NCBI GenBank assembly: GCA_964016885.1
Contig: OZ024747.1
Span: 82,584,001 to 82,648,000, forward strand
Length of the DNA stretch: 64,000 nt
Origin: Eledone cirrhosa
Lineage: Eukaryota
Direction: 5' to 3'
Shown here: positions 25,555-39,256 of the stretch, in pieces
Numbering within the stretch: the first letter of the stretch is position 1
How the letters are laid out: every line of letters starts with the position of its first letter
Position numbers and translations under genes: made by a program
The notes under the pieces: generated by a model
Seen by the model: the letters and a program-made list of their open reading frames with translations, nothing else
What the model was told of the DNA's origin: nothing
The model's database searches: none

Positions 25555-25765
25555 ATAATTTAGGCATAATGGTAGCAAATTTGGGAGAAAAGACACAGTT
25601 GATCAAATCAACACCGTTACTGGCACTTTGTTTTATCGACCCATGAAGGATAAAAGGCAAGGTTTATCTCAGTGGGATTGTAATTCAGAATTTAAAGAGC
25701 CAGAAGAAATACTGTATAAAATACGATATTTTATCCGACGCTCTACTAATTATTCTAATCCCGTT
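25555..25765 (-). mobile_element. Diverged SINE-A copy
   Basis: TTTTATCGACCCATGAAGGATAAAAGGCAAG...TCCGACGCTCTAC. Confidence 0.7.
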
Positions 25766-26868
25766 CCTACTAATTTATTACCATTTATTTATCTCCGCTC
25801 TATAGAAGAATTATGAATTGTCTTAGGTGATCATAAGTATCTGTGAGAAGGATGTTACCTTTACGAATTCAAAAAGAAGAAAGCAGTATTTACCTCGGCG
25901 TGTAGATCCTGGCTTTATAGAAACGCTAGACAAAACTGTAGTAATTTGCTTTACATTTAAAAGTCATGATAAAGATGAGTCGAGGAATATATCTGGGTAA
26001 CTAAAGCTGTAGATGCTCGCTTAAATTAACTATTGTATTGTGATAGAAATATATTTGATAAATTAGTTGATTGTTAAATCATGCTTTAGGCATTCTATTT
26101 AAATAAGCTCTTACATGATAAAAAGGCAAAAAAAAAAAAATACAAAATAAGTGAATCGCTGATACTAGCAAACGACTGTATTGTGAAGATATAAAGTATT
26201 GTGTATCAAACTGGCAATATGTAATGCTGTTTAACAAGTGATTGTAATAGGCGCTCTATCATAAAAATGTATGGTGGATTAAACTAGAAATTAACTATTG
26301 TTGGGGAAAACTGACATTCACTCTAATAATATTTTGGAAAATAGCTTGGCAGACAATCAATGTATAAAATAAAGTAGGTTTCTGTGCGGAAGAAGGACCC
26401 TGGGCAAAAACGTAAAAATGTACCTTTTCCCACATCACATTGAGTTATCGTATTTCTGAATGGTATTAACTGTTGTTGATAGTGGTGGTGTTTAGCCCAA
26501 GGCTAGTTCCGACCATGCTGATCTGTTATAAAAATCCATTGTGGTGAGATTAGGAAGTAGTTCAAACATATTGCATCTACGATGACAATATCTAATGCGT
26601 CCATTTTTTAATGTTTAAATGTGTAATTTGGGAGAGATTTAGCTGCTGTTTCTACACCTACATCGTGGTTGATGCAGACAAGTGGTGGTGGACATAAGCA
26701 ACCAGCAGAGTGCTGGACTAAATATTACATTGCATACTAACAGCGGCCTGTGTTCTGGGATCGAATCAAATTACAATCGATTCGCTTACCATCTCCTTAT
26801 ATTAGTTAAGTACAATTTTTATTTGTGTCGTACATGATTCTATGAACAAAATCTCTGTCTTCTAAATA

Positions 26869-26904
<36 letters not shown>

Positions 26905-27284
26905 GGAGGTGAGTTTTATTGTAGTACAATAAAGCAATGCAGATATCGGATAAGTAGCACTCTACAGTTTGTAGGACTGGAGTATAAATAATATTATATT
27001 ATATATATATATAGAGAGAGAGAGAGAGAATGTGGTCTACCTTTGGCAGTAGGCTCCGATACGATCGTAAAAAGAATGATATATGTAAAATAACAGCCTT
27101 TGTTATCATTGTTAAATAAACTAATATGTAATATATATATATACTCTTCACGAGAATTAATAGGTGGGTGCTAATCTGTGTCAGCCTGTGTTAAATTATA
27201 TCAAGTAGATTTAGACATGGCTAGGCATCCCTACGTTATGTAAATCCTATAGCGACCCGTCTTTGACAATTACGAAGAAATATT

Positions 27285-27715
27285 AATTTCCAATTTAGGC
27301 ACAGGATCCATAACTTTGGGGAATGGGAAAGTTTATTATGCTAACCCCAATACTTTACTGGTACATTATTTCATCAAAAGGGTAGAAGATAAAGTTGATC
27401 TTGGTGTGATTTCAACTCAGATAGTATAAGGTCGTAACTAAATACTGCAAAGCACTTTACCTGATGCTCTACCAATTCTACCACAGCCTTGATGCTAAAC
27501 AAAGTTGGTTTAGGATTTAAGCGCAAGCCAACAATTTTGGGGGAAGGAAAGTCGATTAAATCTACCCCGGTGCATTACTTGTACTTTATTTTATCGACCC
27601 CGAAAGGATGAAAGGTAAAGCTAACCTCAGTGGGACTTGTCCTCAAAACGTAAAGGACTGTAGCTATATGCCGCAAAGCATTTTCCATGACGCTCTACCG
27701 ATACTGCCATTCACC
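27285..27715 (-). mobile_element. Two SINE-A copies (27285-27485 diverged; 27520-27715)
   Basis: Core and head motifs in reverse complement. Confidence 0.8.
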
Positions 27716-29098
27716 TAAAATATAGTACAAATTTATGACAACTGAACATTGCTGGAATGCTACCAAAATACATATGAATTCTCTGCGCTATAGTGGTAGG
27801 GCTGTACTTTTAGAATCAAAAAGTATGCCTTTAATTATTCAGTCTTCGAATATTTATCAATAATATTGAAAATCCGTTTCTAATGAGTCAAATGCATTTA
27901 ATCCTTCAATTTAGAATGTATAATTAATATTTAAGCATAATTATATGCTTAAATTTAAATTGATATTTCAGTAAAATTATGAATTAATAAAAAACTAAAA
28001 ATTAGTGTATATAATTATTTCTTTAAATAATTGGCTATATGTTGACCATATATGTGTCTTGATGTGCTCGTGAGTCCGCTCATATTTATGATTATATTTG
28101 TGTCAATAATATCTTAAGTTTATTAATTAGGTTAATTGGGTTAAATAATCAAATATAAATTACAATAAAAACTGTAACAAATGAATAAATAAACTCTGAG
28201 ATTCTGAGAAGACCCAGTTAGACAGTGGACCGTCCGAAGCTACTGCTTATTTAGCCTGTGCCTAATTACAACTTTGTAGGTGTGATGTATGTTTTGAAGT
28301 AAACAGATGACTGACGTTTCGAATATGTGGTGATCTGTCATAAATTAAGAAAATGTTTGATCTATTTTATTTTTCGATTTTCTATTATTTTTCCCCTCAC
28401 CAAAGACCTGTCATTAAAATACTGAAGAAAGTAAAGTAAGTTTGTTTTGAAACAGCGAGCGAGTTTGAAATAGAAAATAGAAGCTTTCGCAGTATTTTTT
28501 TACTAAAGATATTTTAGCCAGATAGAACCCTCTATCTTTTTTAATTTCTTAGCTAAAATATCTTTAGTCAGAAAATACTGAAGAAAGTAGTTTTCCAAAT
28601 AATTCATCTCAGATTTTAATGTTGTGTGAACTTTCGCATTAGATAAATTATATAAAACCAAATAAGTAAGTATTTCTTTAGTTTTATTGGTCTATTTCTA
28701 TCGGTCTATTTCTATTGGTCTATTTCTATTGGTTCATTTCTATATTCCGATCTTATTTCAGTTTTCTATCTTGTATGTTTTTGTCACGTTTGTCTCTCTG
28801 CGGAAATGGTATTTTAATTAAAAGAAACAAATAGTTGTAAAGTTTATTTATACAGATTCTATGATACTGGATTAAGTTTCTAATGAAATCTATACACATG
28901 CACATGTATGTGTGTGCGTCTGCATATGCGAGTGTATGAATGTATATGGGTCCGTTTGCGTCTGTATGTATATGTGTATGCACATGTATGAGTATGCTGC
29001 ATTGTTTCCATGTGTGCATCTGATAAGTGAGGTATTGGTGTCGAAATGCTATGAGCTATAATATAGATTCGAGTGTGTTGATATATATGTTTCTTATA

Positions 29099-29425
29099 AT
29101 GTGTGTGTGTGTAAGTGAATATGTGTCTATATGTGTGTGTGTGAATATGTGTGTGTGTATGTCTGTGTGGATGTGTGTGAATGTGTGTGTGTCTATGTGT
29201 GTGTGTGTGAGAGAATATGTGTGTGTGTATGTGTGTGTCTATGTGTGTGTGTGTGTGTGTCTGTGTGTGTGTGTGAATGTATGTGTGAATGTGTGTGTGT
29301 GTCTATGTGTGTGTGTGTGTGAATGTGTGTGTGAATGTGTCTGTGTATGTGGGGGGTGTCGATGTGTGAATGTGGGTGTCTATGTATGCGTGAATGTGTA
29401 TGTATGTGTGTCTATGTGTGTGTGT
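29099..29425. repeat. Degenerate (TG)n tract
   Basis: Direct reading. Confidence 0.9.
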
Positions 29426-30002
29426 CATACATACATACGTGCACACAGAATTTAATGTCACCTTTGAATATCCACAGTATAAACTGTTGCTATGGAAAAG
29501 CACATGGTACGTATATGTCACCGCCGCCGCCATCGTCATCTTTATCATAGCCCAGAAGAAAAAGCCATTTATGTGAAATGCTGACGTCATCATTGTCTAC
29601 ACTGTTGCACTCGTGATCATCATTAATGTCTCTACTGACAGCTGTATATGTTAAGATGCTAACGTTGCGACTTATTTGGCACCGTTGTATACACGATCAC
29701 CTGCCGATTCTTCGCCGACTCTGTGAAAAACTAAACTCTAAAAGCCATGTGCTGATGTTTCTTACGCCGCCATTACTACTATAATCGTCACTTCGTTGTT
29801 AACGTAGTCAAATGTTATTAATGGAGTCGTTATAATTGTTGCTGCTGGTATCATTATTGTTAGAAATGCGTTTCTGCTGTCTGATATCGACAGAGAAATT
29901 GGTTCGTAGATTTTGTCAAAGAACGCGAAAGTCAGTTTAATACTGGAAATATTTTATCAGTATTAGAAAAAAATGAAAAAGGTAAAGAATACACACAGAC
30001 AC

Positions 30003-30038
<36 letters not shown>

Positions 30039-30238
30039 CCTGTGTGTGTGAGTGTGTAGTGAGGAAAAAACTAATTATGGGAGTAAAAAAACTATTCTAT
30101 CTAATCTCGCTTATATATAGATCTCACTACCATGATTTAATTGATATATATATATATACACACACAGACACACATACATACACACATATATATATACATA
30201 TAAACACACACACATAAACACACACATACACACGTACA

Positions 30239-30278
<40 letters not shown>

Positions 30279-30868
30279 AACACAAACACCCATAAACACA
30301 CACACACACACATATATACACACAGTGCGAGAGAGAGAGTGTGTATGTGTGAGAAAGAGAGAGTGTGTGTGAGAGAGAGATGTGTTTGTCAAGCATAAGT
30401 ATATTACCAGTCGAGTCTTAGTAAAGCTATCTTATTAGTGAGAGGTATTACGGTGCTATGGAGTTTACGCCTATTACCAATGCGCTGTCCAATGTTTTAA
30501 AATAATTTCTTGCCCAGTCAAGTACCTCCTTTTGATTGTTTTACTGTCTATCGTGGGTTTTAACACATGGTAACATTATATTCGTGTTTAAAACATCGAA
30601 GCAACCATGAATTATACATTTGGAAATGTTATTCTTCAATGGTATTTAATTGATGAGCGGTTCTCCGTTGCTTTCGACGATGAGCATTCAGTTGATCGAT
30701 CGAATAAAAGTCCGACTCGTGAATTAACACGTATGTGGTTGAATATTCCATAGACACCTTAGCGCAATTGGATGATGTCAGTAAACTATGTCGCCTGTTA
30801 AAATCCTATGTACCCAGTCTAGTCAATCATATAGGGATTCTTTTTTATTCAAGTCTAAACCTCTTCGA

Positions 30869-30869
30869 C

Positions 30870-30960
<91 letters not shown>
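30869..30960. repeat. (ATAG)n microsatellite
   Basis: Direct reading. Confidence 0.95.
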
Positions 30961-30961
<1 letters not shown>

Positions 30962-31010
30962 GCTTTGCATATGCCTATCTATTTCTATATAAACATACAT
31001 ACATATATCA

Positions 31011-31170
31011 AAGAAACGACAAAACTGAGGTACAAAAAGTCTTAGTTTCACGCTTTATATGGAAAGGGGAAAGAAAGTTTGACGTGTCAGGCTTTATCTC
31101 TTCTTCAGGAGTACAAAAAAAGAAACAGGATCACAAAGGATAGATACAGAAAATAAAAGGTAGTCCAAGT

Positions 31171-31172
<2 letters not shown>
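31011..31172 (-). mobile_element. PLE-like 3' fragment; same family as 63229-63452
   Basis: Closely similar to 63229-63390; minus strand carries a hammerhead-like variant CTGAAGA-AGAGA..GACACGTC. Confidence 0.6.
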
Positions 31173-31211
<39 letters not shown>

Positions 31212-31212
31212 G

Positions 31213-31809
<597 letters not shown>

Positions 31810-32277
31810 TGTGTGTGAAATATAAACCTATGTTATTCTTTGTTTATGTTTATTTACTTGTGAAGTCTAAAAGAAGACTGAAGTGTTAAAATTTTATCTC
31901 TCACTCCTGAATGTGCTTTCGTTCGCCCGAAAACAAAAATACATTTTCGTCGGGTGGGTATACTTTACAGACCCTAGTGTACTAAAATGTAAAGATGATA
32001 TATAAGATTCTTAGAACTACAACATTATCAAAGACCGTGTCGTTGGAATCACTTCCATGAAATTTCTGGCAATAACATCTGTTAATTCCTCTGTAGCAGT
32101 TCTTGTAAAGTAGTCATTTTGTTTTAATGGTATATGAAACTGGCACAGCGAGTGAGTAGTAACAATTATCTTAATCTTCACGTGAGATCTAAATTGAGAT
32201 ATACGAAACACCTAGGTAATTACTGCACAGAATCTAGCTTGGTGATTCATTGTTTGCGTCAAGTATCAGTCACAATA

Positions 32278-32836
32278 ATGTTTTCTACGATAGGCACAAG
32301 GCCAGCAATTTTGGGGAAAGGTAAAGTCGATTAAATCGACAGCAGTGCGTGACTGGTACTTTATTTTATCAACCCCGTAAGGATGAAAGGCAAAATTAAC
32401 CTCGGCGGGATTTGGACAGAGACGATAAAGGGCCGTAACTCTATGCTGCAAAGCATGGCGTCCGACCCTCTACCGATAGTGACAATACCGCAAAGCATGT
32501 TGTCCGACGCTCAACAAAGCATGTTGTCTGACGCTCTGCTGATCCTTCTTATCCACCATCTGATTGCAGCATTTGCACTCAGGGCTCACAATAATGATTT
32601 CTACGATATGCACAAGGCCAGCAATTTTGGGGAAAAGGAAAGTCGATTAAATCGACCCCGGTGCATTACTGGTATTTTATTTTATAGACTTCATAAGGAT
32701 GAAAAGCAAAGTTAACATCGGCGGGAATTGAACTCAGATCATAAAAGGGCGTAACTCTATGCTGCAAAGCATCGTGTCTGACGCTCTACCGATACTGACA
32801 ATCCACTGCCCTTAAATCAGAAACCATAAAAATAAT

Positions 32837-32881
<45 letters not shown>

Positions 32882-33125
32882 CAGCAGCATTTATTTATTT
32901 ACATATGTATTTATTATATATTGCTTATGTATGTGCATATACAAGTCTGTGCTACTGTGCCTGTGTGTTTCAAAATGAATCTGTGAACATACATACATGT
33001 ATGTATGTACGTGCTTACTGGTGTTTTATTTTATCGACCCCGTAAGGATGAAAGGCTAACCTAAGCTCGGCGGGATTTGAACTCACTATGCCGCAAAGCA
33101 TGATATCTGACGCTCTACCGATTCT
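32278..33125 (-). mobile_element. Cluster of SINE-A copies (32278-32540, 32596-32810, 33010-33125)
   Basis: Core and head motifs; the first copy has a duplicated head segment AAAGCATGTTGTCCGACGCTC. Confidence 0.85.
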
Positions 33126-33161
33126 AAGCATAAACCATTATAGCATGATATGTATTGTATA

Positions 33162-33243
33162 CAGGGTGTTCCCAAAACCTTTATACACACGTCAACAGTA
33201 TTCTAACCAAAGTGGGTATACTACATTTTGGGGGGACACCCTA
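33162..33243. mobile_element. Tiny Tc1/mariner-type MITE (82 bp)
   Basis: TA|CAGGGTGTTCCCAAAA ... TTTTGGGGGGACACCCTA|TA; imperfect TIRs with TA duplication. Confidence 0.65.
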
Positions 33244-33527
33244 TATTTATACATATCACCGACTGTAATTCTTCAAAATTTACACAGACGAACATACACA
33301 CATTTCTGATACCAGTTATGTTTCTACTATAAAAAGATCACTTTCCAGTCACAGGATTCTGGGCCCTAATCCTGTCAATAGATACTTCTCCATGTTACTC
33401 ATACATTTAATTCTATGCCATTTATACACAAATGATGTAATTACATCCAAACATAAATTATTAAAATAATATTTTTATCTTCTATCACTTCCACGTGTTA
33501 GTAACCAAAATACACTATAAGGTGTAT

Positions 33528-33625
33528 TCTAGTCCTGTAGAAGCCATTTCTATATTAGATATTGATACTCTGCTTTGTATTGAGTACCTTATTTACTGTG
33601 GTTATCCCCGATTGAACCCGGGATT
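33528..33625 (+). mobile_element. 3' fragment of the same (TA)n-targeting family as 56681-56830
   Basis: TCTAGTCCTGTAGAAGCCATTTCTATATT...GATTGAACCCGGGAT then (TA)n. Confidence 0.7.
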
Positions 33626-33645
33626 ATATATATATATATATAAAT

Positions 33646-33896
<251 letters not shown>

Positions 33897-33942
33897 GAAA
33901 TGACAGGAGGCTGGACTTGTGTAAATCCTTGAAAGGTTTATT

Positions 33943-34000
33943 ATACTATGATCATTTCAATGACCGGGTTCCGTATGAATCCGGTGATATCATCAGGTAT
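33943..34000 (-). ncRNA. Minimal type-I hammerhead ribozyme in a (TA)n-flanked insert (33894-34104)
   Basis: Minus strand: ATAC-CTGATGA-TATC ACCGGATTC atacg GAACCCGGT CATT-GAAA-TGATCA-TA^GTAT. Confidence 0.8.
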
Positions 34001-34102
34001 TCGAAATATAATAAGTGAATGTAATAGATAAAATCTATGGGGCTGAAAATCAAAGACCCGAGGACGACCGCCATCCAGCATCTTCCACCTTTGCCGGTCG
34101 CC

Positions 34103-34136
<34 letters not shown>

Positions 34137-34184
34137 ATCCTGGACTCGGAAAATTAAATATATTCAACATTATTGCTGCCATTG

Positions 34185-34324
34185 CTCCAGCATAGTTACG
34201 TCCCTTTACGATCTGAGTTCAAATCCCGCCGAGGTTGACTTTGCCTTTCATCCTTACGGGGTCGATAAAATAAAGTACCAGTAATGCACTGGGTATTTGC
34301 TGGCCTTGTGCCTAAAGTAGAACA
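34185..34324 (+). mobile_element. 5'-truncated SINE-A with TSD
   Basis: ATTATTGCTGCCATT on both sides. Confidence 0.85.
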
Positions 34325-35359
34325 ATTATTGCTGCCATTATTAACGGCACTGGTACACTATTACTTAATTTCTTACATTGTAAGACGTTTACAAATTATT
34401 TAGGGGAGGAGATCTAGTTGAAAGAATCAACTACAATATGAGACAGGTGTTTATTAAATCCATTCTAATGAGATGAAAGGCAAAGGTAACTCCTGTGGGA
34501 TTCGATATCAGAATATAATATAAACATACATTCGTATACTGAATAATAACATTAAGTCCTGTTCCAGAAAGAATCACTATAAAGATATGTGAATATTGGT
34601 AATGGATTCAAACACAACCTGTGTTAATATTGAACATTTTATGTTTCCCAGGATCTACCTAATTGTTTTTTTTATGTAAGAAAGGAAATATAAAATATCA
34701 ATTGTTAAAAAAGAAAACAAAAGCAGATGTGTTAATAAGGTGACACCATGTGAGGTGAAGAGATACCACGTGATGCGAAGGGAGATCATTTGATATGAGG
34801 CTTAAAGGAATCCTGCGAAATAAAACAAAAATGATAATAACGTTAATTTAGAGTATCAAAGGAACGAAAATCTATTTGATCTTGATTAGCAACTATGCTA
34901 GAAATTACTTTTTTGAACAAAACCACTCATAGTTATTCTCCATAATAACGCAATTCTCTGAGGTGTAAGCAAGTGGGAATGAATAAAGGAGAAAGAAGAC
35001 AGCATATTTCGCGAATAACGGTAACAATATGGTTAAAGTTGATTACGAAAGCTCAGGATGAAGCTAGTTTTTAAGACAAAAAGATAATATTCCTCAATAG
35101 GCCATGTAAAAAGATGACAACAGGAATACGATATGGTGTAAATAAAGCTCTAATGGTGGTAGAAAATTGATAATGTCGAGTGTAAGAGATGAATTTGTTA
35201 TTTTAGAACTAGAAGAAACCGGTGGGCAGACATGTAGCGCATCAACTTCGCCATATTCCTCCATCAAATACACCATTTGTCGTGCAACTATTTCATAGAC
35301 GTCCGTACACTTCAATAAACAACAACTATAACAATAGTTATTTCTAACAATTTCAAGAG

Positions 35360-35770
35360 AAAGTAAAAATCGATTAAATTGACCCCAGTACGTTACCGGT
35401 ACTTTATTTTATCGACTCTGTAACGATGAAAGGCAAAGCTAACTTCGGTGGGATTTTATCTCAGAACCTAAAGGGACGTAATTAATCGTTTCTTATATAG
35501 GCACAAGGCCAGCAATTCCGAGGCAGGGGAAAATCGATTAAATCAATCCCAGTACGTTACTGATACTTTATTTTATCGACCCCGTAAGGATGAAAGGCAA
35601 AGTTAACCTCGGCGGGATTTAAACTCAGACCATAAAGGGCCGTAACTCTATGCGTCAAAGCATGGCGTCCGACCCTCTACTGATACTGCCAATGCTGGAA
35701 AGCATGTTGTCCGACGCTCTACTGATACTTCTTATGCACCATCTGATTGCAGCATTTGGACTCAGGGCTC
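35360..35770 (-). mobile_element. Two SINE-A copies; the second has the same upstream extension as 32500-32590
   Basis: Core motifs; shared CTTAT.CACCATCTGATTGCAGCATTTG.ACTCAGGGCTC. Confidence 0.85.
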
Positions 35771-36519
35771 CAATATCATGTGGTCGCCTTTTCTAGGACA
35801 ATGGATGTCATCCTATTTACACTTTGGAACAACAATTTAAACAAAAAGCTTTTTAAAAATCTGTGAAAAACAACAAACGTACTGAAACAAAATTGAAGAC
35901 GTCTGAGGCAAACAAGAGCAATAATAATAGTAATAAAAATAAATTAAATGGAAATAAAATTCAGATGGAAATAAAAAAAAGTCATCTGCTACAATGAGTC
36001 TAATGTAAATACTTTCGCAATTTTTATTTAATCAAAATTAATCTCTGATATATTTAGATTATTATTGATATTAGTAACCGAGGGCAGAATTTCATTAGAT
36101 TTATAGTTTGTTTACTTCACGTTCGCTTATCGTACGACGCTAGCTTTCGTAGATAGGAGAGAAATAGCTACTAGTTAACTGAGAAAATTCTGTAACTTTC
36201 TAGAGGACTAGACATAATTAATTAAATTGATATGAATTTTGTTGACCTTTCGGTGAGCTAGGTTTGATAACACTGTAATTTCCAGGATTTCTTTTTATAT
36301 CGAATCATAAATACAATAGTAAATGAACAATGAAACCCAATGAAATGGAGAAACAAATCACTCGTATAAAGTATTAAGTCACAAAACACCACCTAAATCG
36401 GGAGGGAATTAGAACAACCGTCTGTATCAGAGGTAACAAAAAGAGAACCTTCTTGGCTCTAGTCACCAAGGGAGCATCGATGGGTTGTTGGATTAGCTAC
36501 ACATCGATGGGTTGTTGGA

Positions 36520-36870
36520 CGTAGCATGACTGAGTGGTTAAGAAGTTCTCTTCGCAACAATTAGGTGCCAGGTTCGAAAACCTCTGCGGAGTATCTTGGA
36601 CAAGTCTTACCATAACCTCGTGTCAACCCTTGCTTTATGAATGAAGTTTAGGAGACGAAAACTGTTCGGAACCTGTCGGAAAGATTGTACCTGCAATTCA
36701 AAACACCAGCTCTGTTACACACTGCTTCATGCGGAATCGCTGAGAATGACGTTATAGGTACACGTATCTATAGATTGCTCAGCCACTTACACGTTAATTT
36801 CATGAGCGGGATCTTTCATTGGTTGTGCAACTGGAACACCCATCGTCGGAGCCGACGGAGGTTCTTTCCA
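36520..36870 (+). mobile_element. Second tRNA-derived SINE family (CORE-like); related pieces at 13653-13780 (+) and 30660-30760 (-)
   Basis: Box A-like TGACTGAGTGG, box B GGTTCGAAAAC, CTTGGACAAGTC; 3' part matches 30660-30760 in reverse. Confidence 0.55.
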
Positions 36871-37134
36871 CAAAAAAGCAGTCAAACGTCCTTTAAATCT
36901 CGCCCCACCCTCTAAACGAGGGAAGAAAACATTGGACAAAACATTCCTAAATACACTACGTATGTATATATTGACCAGTAACTCCTGATAAAGTATTGGG
37001 TGTGTCGTAGTGACATGCGGCGTGTATTGGACATTAAAACCCATCAGAGACCATCCCCACTCCAGGTCTTAACAGCTGATTTCTTCCAGAGAAGGAGAGT
37101 GAATGAGAAAGAGAAAGAATCGACCGCAGTAGAG

Positions 37135-37262
37135 GACAAGTCCTGTTTTTATCGATCTCGAAGTGGCAGTTGACTCCGGTGGGATTTGAATTCAGAAAGC
37201 GAAAAGAGTCGGAGCAAATACCGCAAATCATTCTATCCGACTTTCTAATGACTTTGCCAATT
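37135..37262 (-). mobile_element. Diverged SINE-A copy
   Basis: TTTTATCGATC...GGGATTTGAATTCAGAA...TCCGACTTTCTAATGACTTTGCCA. Confidence 0.6.
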
Positions 37263-37812
37263 CGTTGTCTCGCCTAAATACACTATAGCTAATACAATTA
37301 CGAAATATATGCCCCACTAGAAATGGTCGCTGTTTGAAGTGAATGATCATCTCTAGAAGAACGTGAAACAAAGAATTGCAAATCATCATAAATCAAAAGG
37401 TTTCATTCAATGCACAAAGAAACAGAAAATATTTAACTGAAATAGTTATACATTCTTCAAAAGACCACAGTACACATAACATTGAACAATACACTAGACA
37501 TGATTGACATAACAATGAAAGGAAAATAGAGTTATAGAAAAATAAAACCGAAAACAATTGAAATAGGAATTAAAACTGCCTCACAAATAATTTCCATAAC
37601 GATTGAATGAACTCGAAAAATTCATCTGGTTATTAAATAAATAAGAAAACAGATGATTAGGGTAATTGCTACGCTGGACATGTATCTCTCAGTCACACCA
37701 GAAATATAGGCATGTATGTATTGGTTGAGTCGTGGAGGCCCATACTGATATACGTCGTGTTTTGAACACTTGAAACTTGGCGGAGATTGTCCCCTCTTCC
37801 ATTCCGAACACT

Positions 37813-37873
<61 letters not shown>

Positions 37874-38129
37874 ATTAGATGTAATCTTCCCTCATCCTCT
37901 CCCCAATCAAAACAGTTTCACCCACTCTCGTTCTACCTTTCCATCAGGTTTTGGATACAGATTCAGACAACCACAGAATAACTTTCAGCCTCCTATTTTC
38001 CTATTTTCTAGGCTCACTCATTTCCTTCCTTTATTTTGTTTTTGTCTCTTAGAATTTCTTATTCTTCTCTAGTGCCTGACTCCACCCATCTCCACAAACT
38101 TATGTGGAACTGCAGTTCAAAGCTCCTAA

Positions 38130-38465
38130 CAATCCGACATGAGTAGAGCGTCAGACAACATGCTCTGTGGCATACAGTAACATCTCTTTACGTTCTGAGT
38201 TCAAATACCGCCGAGGATACATTTGCCTTTCATCCTTACAGGGTCGATGAGTAAAGTACCAGTAACGCACTGGGGTCAATTTAGTATATTTTCCCCTCCC
38301 CAAAAATTGTTGGTCTTTTTCCTGAATCAGAAAACATTATTTCTGATGGTGGCTAGGGCGACAGATTGTTATAGTCGTAAGAGCGTCGGGAAAATGAGTT
38401 CAAATCCCGCGGAGGTCAACTTTACCTTTTATCTTTCTGGGTCGATAAAATAAAGTGCTAATCAA
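38130..38465 (+). mobile_element. Two diverged SINE-A copies
   Basis: GAGTTCAAAT boxes at ~38197 and ~38396, each followed by the core. Confidence 0.75.
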
Positions 38466-38881
38466 GTATAGAGCTTTAAAAACAAAAAAAAAGTACGAAA
38501 ACACTCCCCAAAAAAGCCAGATGAATTATCCGATCATCGCACCACTCCACCAAGTAGTTCTATTTAATGAAAGATAAATGTTTTGATGAGCAATATGTCA
38601 ACAAATATATCAACTCCACTGGGCTATAAAAAGTCTTGACACACACGTCATAATAATAATATTATTAATATTTACAACAACAACAACAACAACAACAACA
38701 ATAATAATAATAAAAATAATAATAATGTTGAAAATAATAAACTTAAGAAGATGATGATTGAAGACAATTATGAAAAATAATCGCTAAGTAATATGTTCAT
38801 TGCATGTCTTAATCATATTTGTTAATGCTGGAGATAATTATTCGACTACGTTCTGCTGTGGTTTGTGGGAGGCGGGCTTGT

Positions 38882-38912
<31 letters not shown>

Positions 38913-39256
38913 GTTTTGCTTTTTAATATGGAAAAACGTATTCACCGCCATATGCAGTGTAAATAATCATTAACTAGCGATTAGTATATAATTAGATGCC
39001 TAAAGTTTTCACTGATTAACCGTTTCTTCGTTTTCCATCGTCAGACGACATTAATCACGTGACCAACACGCCAGTTCAATGGCTGTAAATGCTACACTGA
39101 CAGTTTATTAACCTCGACTGCACACAAACAGAATGAATAATCGAGAGGGGATGGGTGCTCATGTTGATGAGAGGAAAGAAATAAAGAAACAAACAAATAA
39201 AAAGGAAGGAAGGAAAAAAAAGAAATATAGAAAAAGATAGATAGTATATAAAGATA

